From Podarcis melisellensis (Eukaryota): 64,000 nt of DNA. The notes under the pieces are model-generated. The model saw nothing but the letters and a program-made list of their open reading frames with translations, ran no database searches and was not told the origin of the DNA. Location of the stretch: NCBI GenBank assembly GCA_964234715.1, contig OZ174276.1. The stretch is one strand, 5' to 3'. Below, one piece after another: positions 13,815 through 26,020 of this stretch; position 1 is the first letter of the stretch, and each line of letters opens with the position of its first letter. A program made the translations under genes and the position numbers.

Positions 13815-14186
13815 GTTGTTGTTGTTTAGTCATTTAATCGTGTCCGACTCTTCGTGACTCCATGGACCAGAGCATGCCAGGCACTTCTGTCTTCCACTGC
13901 CTCCCGCAGTTTGGTCAAACTCATGCTGGTAGCTTTGAGAACACTGTCCAACCATCTCGTCCTTTGTCGTCCCCTTCTCCTTGTGCCCTCCATCTTTCCC
14001 AACATCAGGGTCTTTTCCAGGGAGTCTTCTCATGAGGTGGTCAAAGTATTGGAGTCTCAGCTTCAGGATCTGTCCTTCCAGTGAGCACTCAGGGCTGATT
14101 TCCTTAAGAATGGATAGGTTTGATCTTCTTGCAGTCCATGGGAATCTCAAGAGTCTCCTCCAGCACCATAATTCAAAAGCATTAAT
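13815..14186 (-). mobile_element. BovB (RTE clade) LINE, 5'-truncated 3' end
   Basis: Minus-strand frame PWTARRSNLSILKEISPECSLEGQILKLRLQYFDHLMRR is the characteristic BovB ORF C-terminus; (CAA)n tail. Confidence 0.9.
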
Positions 14187-14495
14187 GCACCCCCAATCCT
14201 ATATGGGATGTAAGGCAGGATTGATCACGATTCTTTCAGAGAGAGAAAGACATGTTTAAGGCTATCTGGCAGGATATCAGAGCTATCAGAAAATTAAGTG
14301 CACATTTCATTTTGCAATTCTAGTGGGAGAAACTGACAACTAGGAGTACAGATAATAGGTCCATATGACAAAGGAGTTACATTTACAGATATCATTTATC
14401 CCATTCTAAGCGAATGTTATGTGAGAGATGCTGCAGGAAATTCTTACACTGGAGCAGGATGTATGTTGTTAGAGAGACAATATGAAAGCTATTCA

Positions 14496-14725
14496 TAGGG
14501 TTGCCATACATACGAAATTTCCTGGACACATAAGGAATTTCCCAGACACATACCATGGTTGGCAGTAGCGTCCGGGCAGAATTCGGTCAAATGTGTAGGA
14601 AATTCCAGACATATGGCATCCCATGCCAGCACTGCCGTTTTTGCTGATTTTTGATAAAAAATAGCTCAAAAACGGTCAACAACTTTCCTGTCCAGATTTT
14701 CACTGTTTGAAATATGGCAACCCTA
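14496..14725. mobile_element. Non-autonomous DNA transposon, probably hAT (Blackjack-like TIR)
   Basis: TIRs TAGGGTTGCCATA / TATGGCAACCCTA. TSD unclear (tattca / tattcc). Confidence 0.75.
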
Positions 14726-15446
14726 TATTCCTGAATAATTAAGTAATGCATAGTGGGCTGAAACAAACAGAAAAAGATGGGTTCAGAAGGAGAGGCAAAG
14801 AGGAGAGTAAGGGGTTTAGAAACTATATAGGAGCAGTTAAATCAAATGTTTGATTTTATTGATATTTAAAATAAATATTTACGTTGTTTTACAGACGCTG
14901 CCTAGAGGTTTTTGTTGGTGTTGGTGTTGATTAAGCAGGATATAAAACTTGACAAATAAATAACTGGATATGGCTCCAGTTAATCTTTTTATTGATTGTG
15001 CTTTTATTTATAAGATTAACCTATTTCCTACTGAAGGAAAGCTATGTTCAATGTCATTTTTCATGAATGAACTGAAAATATGTAAACTTTGATATGGCCA
15101 AGCAGTGAAAAAGCTACAAAACTGCTTTGCAAAATTAAACTCACATCAGCATAATCCTGGTGTTACTCAGTTTTAAAAACTCAAGAATACAATAAAGACT
15201 GATTGGGCCATTTCCCCCCATACCTTTGATGTGAGAATAATACCTGTCAATTTTTTATAACATTGATATTTGGAGTTTAGCCCAAGTTCCAGTTATTAAA
15301 TGATAACACTAATCTCTAATCTCTAATCTGATTTTAGGCGGTGTGTGTGTGTGAGAGAGAGGGGGGGGGACTTGACACGAGGCGCAAAACAGAGATATCC
15401 CCAGCCCCCCTCTCTCTGTGTGTGTATACACACACACACACACACA

Positions 15447-15688
15447 CAGTGGTACCTCAGGTTAAGTACTTAATTCGTTCCGGAGGTCCATTCTTAACCT
15501 GAAACTGTTCTTAACCTGAAGCACCACTTTAGCTAATGGGGCCTCCTGCTGCCGCCGCGCCGCCGGAGCCCGATTTCTGTTCTTATCCTGAAGCAAAGTT
15601 CTTAACCTGAAGCACTATTTCTGGGTTAGCGGAGTTTGTAACCTGAAGAGTATGTAACCTGAAGCGTATGTAACCCGAGGTACCACTG
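15447..15688. mobile_element. Tc1/mariner (Tigger-like) MITE
   Basis: TIRs CAGTGGTACCTC / GAGGTACCACTG, TA on the right flank, (CA)n on the left, repeated internal taacctgaa units. Confidence 0.9.
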
Positions 15689-15974
15689 TATTTTAAACTC
15701 TCTGAGAAACAAAATGATGGGTGGCGAAAGCATTTTAACTTCTGGCAAATCTACACAAAATAGGTGAAAGCCCAATTTCTTCACAGTGTGTAATAGTTGT
15801 CTTCTGTACTTCACACACAGTTCCATTTCTGCTAGTTCCAGAAATATCTGACAGTGAAATGGTAGATCTTTATATGATGTAGTGATCCACATGGCAAGCT
15901 TCCCTCTGCATTAGTGCTGCCATGTGGTGCGTCCATTATGAAGAGGCCGTTTCAAGTGGTGTATGTCGCAAGAG

Positions 15975-16140
15975 CCTAAAGAAGAGCCCTACTGGATCAG
16001 ACCAAAGGGCCATTGAGTCCATCATTCTGTTTCCTGCTGTGAGCAGCTTAATGCTTCTTGGCAAGCTTGATGGGAAGGCAAGAACACCCTCCTGCTTTTT
16101 GTCTCCAGCATCTCATATCCAGAAATGTCATGCTTCTGGA
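15975..16140 (-). mobile_element. CR1-type LINE 3' UTR fragment
   Basis: aagaagagccctactggatcagaccaaagggccattgagtccatcattctgtttcc is the reverse of the 3' end at 18.2 kb and resembles the 49.5 kb copy. Confidence 0.6.
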
Positions 16141-16283
16141 CTCATAGCTGGAGTTACTTACCTAAAAAGGAAACCAAGGATCTGAATTCAGGAAATGGGA
16201 ATTGGAAATGATTGGGTCTGAAATGACTCTAAACACCTGTTCATAGATGATGGTGGCAGCCTGACCTGGATTCTGAAATAGTC

Positions 16284-16752
16284 TGTCAGGAATCCCGCCT
16301 CCAGCTCGACAACACAGGGAGCGTAGTTAAGTAGAGAGAATGATTTATTGACCAACTACACAGATAACACCTGACGGCATTAACCCAACTGCAGCCCTCA
16401 TGTATTATGACAACTCTTCTGCCGAGTCCCTCCCCTTCCTCCAACTTAAATGGGATTCTGCCCCTTATGTTTCTGCTTCCGCCTCCTATCACACACCCTC
16501 CCCCAGCGGCGACTCCGTGGGCTCATTGGATCCCCTCCAACTTCTTCCTGAGAAAACAGTCTGTCAATCTTCTCTTCCTAACCTTTTCTCTCCTCCTGAG
16601 AGACCTGGTTCAAGATAGTTCCCATGGCAATCCGCATTCCTAAGGGCGGGGAAGTTGGTGCTCCGCTAGGCTCCTCTCTTCTGGTAGTTGACTCTATCTC
16701 TTCCTGCCTACTTCCTCCACTGAAAGCTGGCTGGGCTGACTCAGTCGTGACA
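16284..16752 (-). mobile_element. Solo LTR (469 bp), probably Gypsy-type
   Basis: TGTCA...TGACA inverted termini, exact 5-bp TSD tagtc (16279-16283 / 16753-16757), AATAAA on the minus strand at 16344-16349. Confidence 0.85.
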
Positions 16753-16961
16753 TAGTCCTTATAAGATTACATCGGCTCCAAACATTGTTTTCCATTTCTA
16801 CATGGCTTTGTCCATATTTTACAATTGGGGGTGGCCTTAAAAGCTCATCATAAATTAAGGGTGCTAGGCAACTTATAATCATCACAATAATTTTACTATT
16901 TGTACCCTGCCCATCTGACTGGGCTGCCCCAGCTACTCTGGATGGCTTCCAACATATATAA

Positions 16962-17208
16962 AAGGTAAAGGTACCCCTGCCCGTACGGGCCAGTCTTGAC
17001 AGACTCTGGGGTTGTGCGCCCATCTCACTTAAGAGGCCAGGGGCCAGCGCTGTCTGAAGACACTTCCGGGTCACGTGGCCAGCGTGACATCGCTGCTCTG
17101 GCGAGCCAGAGCCGCACACGGAAACGCTGTTTACCTTCCCGCTGGTAAGCGGTCCCTATTTATCTACTTGCACCCGGAGGTGCTTTCGAACTGCTAGGTT
17201 GGCAGGCG
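16962..17208 (-). mobile_element. Sauria SINE, 5'-truncated, distinct subfamily, nested in an L2 3' end
   Basis: aaggtaaaggtacccctgcccgtacgggccagtc... body; exact 14-bp TSD tccaacatatataa (16948-16961 / 17209-17222). Confidence 0.9.
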
Positions 17209-17537
17209 TCCAACATATATAAGAACTAATAAAACTAATTTTTACTCAGAGTAGACCCATTGACTTTAATAAGTATGGGAGGGGTAGGTTTCTTAATATC
17301 AGTGGATCTACTGTGACTAAAATTGAGCACCAACCCCAATCTATAGAATTCAAGTTCTTTGGGGTTGTTGTTGTTTTTTTAATCAAAGCTCATTGTGAAT
17401 TGCCTGTGTCTCAGGCAACAGGAAACCCAGAGGACGTTAGGAGTGCACTGTCTCTGTTGCATACTGACCAGTCTTCAGATAGTCTTCAGTGTCAGTCCTA
17501 AATAATGTTTGCTGCAGTGGTCAAGTCTATTATTACT

Positions 17538-17668
17538 NNNNNNNNNNNNNNNNNNNNNNNNNNNNNNNNNNNNNNNNNNNNNNNNNNNNNNNNNNNNNNN
17601 NNNNNNNNNNNNNNNNNNNNNNNNNNNNNNNNNNNNNNNNNNNNNNNNNNNNNNNNNNNNNNNNNNNN
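17538..17668. other. Assembly gap (131 N)
   Basis: Run of N, with tattattact on the left and an L2 3'-end fragment on the right. Confidence 1.
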
Positions 17669-17765
17669 TGGGACAACCCAGTCAGATGGGTGGGGTAACG
17701 ATGATGATAATGATGATAATGATGATATCAAAGTTTAATTGTGCAAGCTGCCTTGGAACTAAGTA

Positions 17766-18009
17766 TAGTGGTGCCTCGGTTTTTGAACATAATCCGTTCC
17801 AGAAGTCTGTTTGAGTTCCGAAACTTTTGAAAGCCGAAACCGGAAGCCTCAAAATGCAAGCCTCAATATGGAAAACTCAAAACAGAAGCTGCGTTTCCTG
17901 TTAGAGTTCCGAGGCGCTTTCAAAAGTCAAGGCATTTACTTCCTGGTTTTGGGGGTTCAAGTTCTGAAACGTTCGACTTCAAAGGCCTTCAAGAACCGAG
18001 GTACGATTG
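17766..18009. mobile_element. Tc1/mariner (Tigger-like) MITE
   Basis: TA-flanked; termini tagtggtgcctcggtt / aaccgaggtacgattg. Related to 62945-63194. Confidence 0.8.
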
Positions 18010-18049
18010 TACTGTGAAGGCTGGCATATAAAACATCTAGTAAACAGAA

Positions 18050-18238
18050 CGATCCCTGGGTACTGTTAGCAGAATGCAGTTCAGCAACATCAGTTGCTGG
18101 GAACTGCAGGAGGGGAGACAGCCCTTCTGCTCGAATCCTGCTTGCGGTTTCCCACAGGCATCTGGTTGGCCACTTGGAGATTGCTGCACTAGATTGGCCA
18201 ATGGCCTGATCCAGCAAAGCTCTCCTTGTTTTCTTATG
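18050..18238 (+). mobile_element. CR1-type LINE 3' UTR
   Basis: ...ggcatctggttggccac...ggcctgatccagcaaagctctccttgttttcttatg end, as recalled for lizard CR1 3' ends. Confidence 0.65.
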
Positions 18239-19179
18239 TAAAAGTACTGATAGGATAATGAGGTTTCACTAGCTAGTAGTAAAGAGCACTTTTTGTTACA
18301 GCAACTATCTGAAGACCTTTGTGTATTGGAATAGATGTGTCATATGGCTTTAATTTATAAAAGGAACACATACCGTTCTGTCAGATGTCAGCATCAAGAT
18401 CCTTCTCAGGGTGAGATGCTGAAAGGAGCATCTTGTTCACTGTGAATAATAAAGGAAACCTTTTTAAACATTACGCACCATGTTCGAGATTTGATTTAAA
18501 ACAGACAGCATGAATTTGGTCCGGGATACTTAATGTTATTAAATGCCAGGCTATGTACCAGCACAGTTTGTAGAGCCTATGAATCAATAAGTCTTGGCAG
18601 CTTTATTTGGTTTAAAGGAACGAACTGCCTCAAAGTGACCAAATCATGGTTAATGTCTTTAATTTAGAGTAAAACAAAACTAACCCAAAAAATATTTGGC
18701 TGGCATAATAGTAAGCAATAGCCCCTGATTTAATACTGTATCATATTGTCTCTTAGAAGTTTTATTAAAATGTTTTCCAAACAGTTATTAAAGTGCAGGA
18801 CACATTGTCATTTTTAAAATGTTTCCTTCCAGTGACTCAAAAAGTCACTGCTGTATTTATAGAAGAGATTTTCTAAGTGCTGGGGGTGTGAAAAGACAGA
18901 GAGAGAGAGAGAGAGACACACAGAGAGAATAATGCTTGGAAATAATTGGGAGTCCATACTCATGAGTGTCATGCCAGAGATAAATTAGATAAATTATTAC
19001 GCTGGGTATTAGATACAAATGTCTGCTGCTATGCACTGTCTAATAATTCAACTCAGTTTCTTTGATTTTCCTTCACAGGGAGAGAGGAATAATGAATAAT
19101 TTATTCATCTCTTGACTCTGTGCATATGTATACTCAGCTTCCAAAATATGCTTTTCTTTTCTTTTTTCCTTACTGGCTT

Positions 19180-19720
19180 TTCCCACCCGCAGGGAGGGGT
19201 GTTCAGGGAGGTTGTAGCCCCTCTGGTGGAGGACATCAGTCATGCTCCTTCTGGGTAGTTTGTTCACCTTTGGTCCCCACCCTGCACTCAGCTGTCACCT
19301 GTAACTTCTAGAAGCTGCCAGCATGAGACAGTGGCCACACCCCAGGAAACGGCTTTGACCGGCCAGCTAAACCAGGTGATGGTAGTTGATGGGTTTCAAA
19401 ACCTCAATGAGTAAGGGACTGCCTCTGCATGGAAAGACAAATTCTGGCGGATTGAGCAGACAAGACCAATAGTAGGCCCAATGGCCAAGAAGGCGATTTC
19501 TGCAAGTGCTGTAGAGGGAAGTGAGGGGAGGATGGGGCTCATCAACCTGGGAAGGTAGCCTGCCCAGGAGAAGGAAAACTTTGATCCTAAACCTCCGCTG
19601 CCTTGTGGAATATGTTTGGGAGGAAAAAGGCTAAGGAGTAAACCCTGCAGAAATTGAGAGTGGAGTCCCAAAGACGTTGGATGACACCTTCTATGCCTCG
19701 TTCCAGCAGTTCCTGCCACA
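19180..19720 (+). mobile_element. Segment resembling the 5' UTR of an RTE-clade LINE
   Basis: caacctgggaaggtagcc...ggagaaggaaaactttgatcctaaacctccgctgccttgtgg...ggagtaaaccctg...ggagtccc resembles vertebrate RTE 5' leaders as I recall them. No ORF follows. Confidence 0.5.
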
Positions 19721-19952
19721 CAGCTGTACTTTGAACCACTGTTTATTTGCTGTTATTCTTTACTTCGCTGTTATTTTTTTCTAGGCTGGAAAGGAAATTG
19801 TTGTATATTTATGCTATAAACCATTGTATGGATGCATTGTGTAGATTTAGATGCAGACGTAGATGTATCTGGTTCTCTTTCTAATTGCATTGCATACAAA
19901 ATAATCATCTTGCTAAGGTTGATCATAGGAGGTGCCAGAGCTCACTGAGAGA

Positions 19953-20140
19953 TGGCGAGGATATTTGTTTCATGGCAGAATACATAGTGTGCATGCATGA
20001 AGTCAAAGGATCAATCCTTAGCATCTCTGGATCTTTGCCGATCCCTGGCATGTCCAGGGAAGACTCAGTAAAACAATCTGTAAGAGACCCTCAAGAGCAG
20101 TCAGAGTTCACAGCACTGCACTAGATGGCCAAGTATAGGG
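19953..20140 (+). mobile_element. tRNA-derived SINE, degenerate
   Basis: gcatgcatgaagtcaaaggatcaatccttagcatctctgg is homologous to the other copies. Confidence 0.55.
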
Positions 20141-21439
20141 TTTGTTTCCCATATTCCATTAATTTTGCAGAATAACAGGGCTGGGAAACAAATGAGGGAT
20201 GCTTATTTCCCTCTTGCTCTGCCAGTGAGTTTTTCAGCAGTTCCTGCTGGAGAAAGCGTGGAGGGCTAAATGGACTATTGATCAGATCCTAATATAGACA
20301 ACTGCTGAATTTGAAAGGGTCAATAATGCAATCTTCTTCATTCCCCTGCTATAAGGAAGGACCCCCTTCCCAGAGTGCTGTGCACAGAGAGTGGATGAAC
20401 CCCAGAATGGCATTTGCAGAGCAAATGCCCCCAAGATGACCTAAACAAGTGAAGCAAGTTGCATATTGCAAAGCAAGGCAAGAAGAAGCCAAACAATCAA
20501 ACCACGACAAAATCTGTGTGCATCCTCGCTTCGGTCTGGCTGCTGCGCATACACAAGTATCCCAGTAAGAGTACATTTTGCAGAGGTTCTTGTTCGGTGT
20601 GAGTAGGACCTTCAGGGTGAACTGAAATGAATATTTATCCCTTTCCAAAGCAAGGCACTAGTCTAGAAGCTCCACGAACTGTTTGAAACAAGGGTATGTA
20701 AGATATGAGCTTGTAGTAATGAATGAAGATGTTTCCAGTGGGCGGTTGGGGGGCACAGAGGACTATGACCAGATGACCCTCAAATTGCTTCCAGCATTGT
20801 AACTTCATAATTATGCTGGCCCAGGCTATCTTAAACTCACATCCAGATCCCAAATATGAAGTGCACTTTTTATTCTTTAGTGTCAAATAGTTCTCTCTCT
20901 CGTTGCTGATTCTGCTACTGTATATGGAAATAGCACTCATTAAGACAGACATTTTGCTGGAAGGGATCTTCTTGTTAACCATAGACTAGCACCTGTTGTT
21001 CCCTTGCACCCCTCTTGACCTTGAGCTATTTTTATGAAGTCCCAATATGTTTCGTCCGGCAGTTGTTTTTTTAAGACAGTTAAAATTGACACATCTATAG
21101 ATCCCGAGGCTTAGCAATGCTTTTTTTTTCTTATTCCCCATTCCCCATGCCATAAAATGGGCAAATTTTTGAAGTTACATTTTTTTACTGAAACACATTT
21201 ACCATAAGTTGCAATGTTTTCCTTGTCCAAAGACTTCAGCAATCCACACAACACTTGCGATGGCTAGTCTAATATTTCATGGATATCTGCAGCATATTTG
21301 GCTTTCATGGTAACCGCTTTTCACTTCTCAAAATGAACTGTAGGGACAACTTTCATATGCCCCCCCCCAACCTGAGCAGCTAATTTCTAAATGCTGTCAA
21401 GGATGTGATCTGTGCTGATTGAGGGTCAGGCCACCGATG

Positions 21440-21630
21440 GCAAAGAGTGTCAGAGTCAACAGGGATAGGGAAACCTGGGTTCAAATCCCCACTCAGTTAT
21501 GGAATGTATTGAGTGACTGTGTGCCATTCAGTATCTCTCAGTGCAACCCACCTCACAGGATTGTTGTAGGGCAGTCAAAACAACCCTGAGGCCCTATGAG
21601 AAAAGGTGAGAAAGAAAATATGCTAAATAA
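21440..21630 (+). mobile_element. CORE/MIR-like SINE
   Basis: B-box gggttcaaatccc, then core-like gtgactgtgtgccattcagtatctctcagtgcaacccacctcacaggattgttgt. Confidence 0.6.
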
Positions 21631-21780
21631 AACAAATAAGATTTGCTGTTTATTACCTTAGCTGCACTGTGTCTATCAAGGTGTGTCATTTAAATTGGTA
21701 CTAAATTTTATTTCTAGAGGGAATTTGAAGGTTTGTTCTTGTAAAACATTTCTGAGAAGTTGGGTCCTCCATCATGGAGG

Positions 21781-22570
21781 GCACATGTTGCGGTGAGATC
21801 ACCAGAAACTGCCTCCCTGTTGTGGGGTGGGACCGTTTAGATGGCCACAATGCCCCATTGGTTGCCCCTCTGTTGCTGGGGCAGAAATTTGGCCAGTTGG
21901 GTTGGCTATTGGCTGCTGAGGGGCTACTTAAGATGCTGCACGTCGCTGGAGAGTTTCGCTTTCCTGTGATGTGCAAAGGATCACCCTCCCTCCTTTCCCT
22001 ATATTTAGGGTTGTCCTTATGGCCTTGCTATGCCTGTCATGGGGTCGTCTGTTTTGGAGCAGGGGCCCGTTAGGAATTTGGCCATTTGGCTGATTGGCTG
22101 GTGCCACTTTGTTTTTGCCTACCGTGTAGCTAATCATCACAACTTTGTAAGGTTGGCAGTTAGGCATTTGATTCAATGTTTTGGGGAGGGGACGTGGTTG
22201 GCTGTGCCTGCCCCTCCATTGCTGCTGCTAGGGAATTCCATTAAAGGAATCCAGGGGCTTGCCATGCTTTTGTCCAAACCCTGTCAAGGGGCTAGGGCCA
22301 CACCAGAGCCCCTGGGAGCATCAGGCGTGAGCTGTGAGATGTAAGGAGTTCTCACTCCCCCAGGATGCTTTCCCTTACTGACATATGGTGGTGCCCAGTG
22401 TCAGTCCTGTTCATGCCAGGATCAGGTGGTCTGGAACCAATGCCTAAGCAACTACTCACATGCTGTAATCAATAATGTTGTGGCCAAAATTTAATGCCAA
22501 AAACCCTTAAACTCAAATCTGTGTTATTGTGTCTTCATTTGGAGGTGATTTGAGGGGTCTTCACACGCAA
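21781..22570 (+). mobile_element. ~0.8 kb retroelement terminal-repeat-like sequence (copy 1)
   Basis: Colinear with 49889-50668 along its whole length (e.g. ccctatatttagggtt, aatcatcacaactttgtaaggtt, aaccaatgcctaagcaa, gttgtggccaa). No TSD or TG...CA pair found. Confidence 0.75.
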
Positions 22571-24464
22571 TAGCCAAAGTGGTATTAAGAAAGAAGGGGT
22601 GGAGGAAGAGAGGTTTTCATCCAACCAGGGAAAAAGCAGTGTGATTTCACACATCCCAAAATATTACTATCACCCTGCTTTTCTATTCTTTACCAAATTC
22701 TACATTACAAAATTCATTGATTTTGTGTGTGTCTGCAAAATTCATTATAACTCTCATCTAAGCAGGAACCGGTGTGGATTTCCCTTAACATTTTACTTTC
22801 AATGAAATTCAGATGATTTTCAAGTCTTATCGACATTTTTCTATTTTGGTGGAGATATGATGCACAATACTGGTGAGCATGCCCATGCAGAGAATATATT
22901 TATAAACTCAAACAAAAAAGTAGCCAGTCCCTGGTGGGGTCCCTTATCCGGCTTAGCCCTCTGAGGCCTGTGGCAAGTGTAAGCAGCTGCCCTCCTCCCT
23001 TTGCTTGGGCCTGCACAATGCCAACAACATTTTAGAAATCACATCATTTTGAAGGGAAAAAAAATGCCTGATTAAATTTTGTCTCAAAATCTGAGCTGAA
23101 AATTCATGATTATTCTACTGATATGCATCACTACACTGATAATATTATCCAAGATTATGTGTGTGTTGTATGATTCATGAGAGTTGTAGCCCAAATCGTA
23201 CAGAGAGCATCAGATTCAGAAAAGCTGCACTCTCTGTTTCAGTTCCCCAGGTCTGTTATGGAAATATTGCCAACCTATCCCAAGGTGTTGTGACAATGAG
23301 TGGAATTAAAATGTCAATAATATAAGAATAAATCATTATTATTATTCCAAACTCATTAAGTTCACACAGCTCTTCATGGGTTTAATACATTTATGTGAAA
23401 CATAAGGGGCTAGAAACTGGGAAGTGGGAGACCATTCAAATTATATTCCATCTTTTCCAGAATAATATATGCAGACTGGACATTCAGTTGCTACTGGCGA
23501 CTAAATATATAAATATAGGTATAAACAGTTTGGCTGCAAAAATAGTGAAAGAAAGACTGCTACATTATACAGTATTTTGGATTTCTTTTTCTGTTTCCTT
23601 CTGAGTGTGTTTTCCTCTTGCAATCTTTGCAGTAAAAACTTGGAATACAAAACGGTGGCACTTGCTCACTCAGAAAGCCGATCTGTATCAGCTCATTTTT
23701 GTCAATAAAAAAAGAAGTCAATCACTATTGAAACGAAGCCTCTTCCGGCATAGCTGTACGCAGCTGGCCAGCACACTCAGAGTGTGGCTCAATATCCTCA
23801 CTAATCAATAGGTTGTAAAATGCTGATTTGGGTGGATAAATTGTGAAGGATGAAAACATGTCTTCAAATAATTCACTGATCATTGGTGTCCTATTTACTT
23901 AGGGCAGAGCACTGATGATGAAGTCCTTGCCTGCTTGAAATGCCAGGAGATGCAATTGATGCACCCTGGCAGGCACCTTGAAGAGTGGTAAATCCTAGTA
24001 TTCATTGGATTAGTAGTAGTAGTAGTAGTTAACTCAGGTGGTTGACTCAGGTAGGGGTGACTTGGATATTGCCTTTACCATGGCAGAGCAAATCCTTCAA
24101 AAATGAGCATTGCCAGTGCATCCTTAACTTTTGTTAAAGAGCAGGCTCCTGAATGGGATCCTGCTATCCCAGATAAAGGTAGGAAAGCACCCTGGTGGCT
24201 TAGAAGTCTTGCTGGTCCAAAGGCAGTCCCCTGGCCACCCATCCTAAATACAGCTTACACGATCTGACCCTGACATCTGAACCTAATGTTGAAGGCTCAG
24301 CACAAATGAGTCCTTAAACACTTGTCTGATCTCACATTAAAGGTAATGTGGGTGACATGGGAATGCTGTGATATGTGAAATCTCAGCAGGAAAATCTATC
24401 ATGCTTTGGGCAACAATTCTACCTGCTGTCACATGGATGCAGACCTTCTTTAGATTATCTTTAG

Positions 24465-24575
24465 ATTGTGTTTTTAATATTTGGTTGGAAGCTGCCCAGA
24501 GTGGCTGGGGAAACCCATCCAGATGGGCAGGTTATAAATAATAAGGTGGTGTTGTTGTTGTTGTTGTTGTTGTTA
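24465..24575 (+). mobile_element. L2-type LINE 3' end with (GTT)n tail
   Basis: ggaagctgcccagagtggctggggaaacccatccagatgggcaggttataaataat, then (GTT)n. Confidence 0.75.
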
Positions 24576-25744
24576 TCCAGTCAGGACCAGTCCCTTCCTG
24601 TTCCAACTTCCTAAGCCTTCTCTTACCTGTCACACACTGCAGAAGTCTAGGCTTACATTGTTTCTCTATAAGAATCAGTGTGTTCTTAGACATGAGTATG
24701 TATATAACATTACAATATATGCCAGACTGGTGTCATTCCACAACCATAATGGTGCTAGCTTCTTATTAAAATGTCGCCACCCAGCAGAATGAAAATCTAT
24801 TTTCATTCTTTGTGTCTGCTGTCCACTGTCTCTTTACCTTTGAAAACTTCATCCCCACTCTACGGATATCTTGGTTGCATCCTCTGTCTCACTAACTCTT
24901 GTATAAGTTCATTGCCCTGAACATGTCTAGAGATCTGTGGCAAGGTCATTCTGGACTGATTAGATGCATGTCATTTTAATTCCATAGACGAGTGTGCAGA
25001 GAAGCAACTGGAAGCCAGTCTGCCAAACACTAATGTCCAGGGGGAACGTGACATGCAATTAACTGGCACCAAACCATTCTGATGTGACATTGACATGAAT
25101 TTTAAGATATGGTAAAAAGTTGCATCAGAAATGGCCCTGAGCATAATCTGGAAGTCACATGAGGCATTTCAAAGAGGGATGGAAATTAAGGGCTATATAG
25201 CTCATACACAGGTACTAAGTCAGCTTTTGCTAACCTACTGCCCTCCAAATGCTTTGGACTGCAACTCTGATCAGACCCAGACAGCATCATCCTCATATTC
25301 TAATAGAGAGTAATGTAACAAAAAAGGGTCTACTTGGAAAGAAAAAGGATATACTGTTACTTCAAAGTCTGGAAGTCAAAAATTAACCTTTTCTAATGTT
25401 ACGAGTTTGTGGGTACCAGTTTGGGGTGGAGGAAGTAGGCTGTATGCAAAACCCTTCTAATTCCTGGATCCAGCACAGATTCAATTCCTGGAATAGCCAG
25501 GCCAGGCTGGGTAATAGGCTACTAGGAGAACAGAGGAAAGGGGACTCTGTGCCAGAGAGTAAGTGGGTGGGGCCCTTGTCAATCACAGGTCCTGGTAGGG
25601 GAAGTGCTCCTAGAAACCTGCATTGCTCGGAGAATGAGGTGGCATGCAACAATACTTAATTTCATATTGCAGTAGTGTGTGTGTGTGGGTATCCCCTCCA
25701 GACTGGAGTTTTATTGTAGGTGTATTCAGCAACATGTTCTTGAC

Positions 25745-26020
25745 ACAGTAACAGTGCAACTCATCATAGGTTTATCAAAAGCAAGTCATGCCAGACAAAT
25801 CTCATTTCATTTCTTTTTCTTTTTCTTTGTTAAAATTACAAGCTTGGTGAATCAGGGGAATGCTCTGAATGTTGTGTATCTTGATTTCAGTAAGGCTTTT
25901 GACAAAGTCCCCCATGATATTCTTGTGGAGAAGCTGTTAAAATATGGGCTGGATGAGGTTACTGTTAGGTGGATTTGTAGCCGGTTGACTGATCTAACTC
26001 ACCAATGGTTCCTCCTCATC
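25745..26020 (+). mobile_element. CR1 LINE reverse-transcriptase fragment
   Basis: Frame VVYLDFSKAFDKVPHDILVEKLLKYGLDEVTVRWI is a canonical CR1 RT motif. Confidence 0.9.

Noticed and set aside
13630-13857. Poly-Leu, signal-peptide-like ORF
   Set aside because: Translation of an (ATT)n microsatellite.
17489-17814. ORFs spanning the N run
   Set aside because: Artefacts of the assembly gap.
21781-22570. Circular permutation between the two 0.8 kb copies
   Set aside because: The left-end differences are explained by CpG decay of one ancestral sequence, so there is no direct evidence for a circular intermediate.
23905-23945. CTGATGA...GAAA as a second hammerhead
   Set aside because: No convincing stems I-III around the core.
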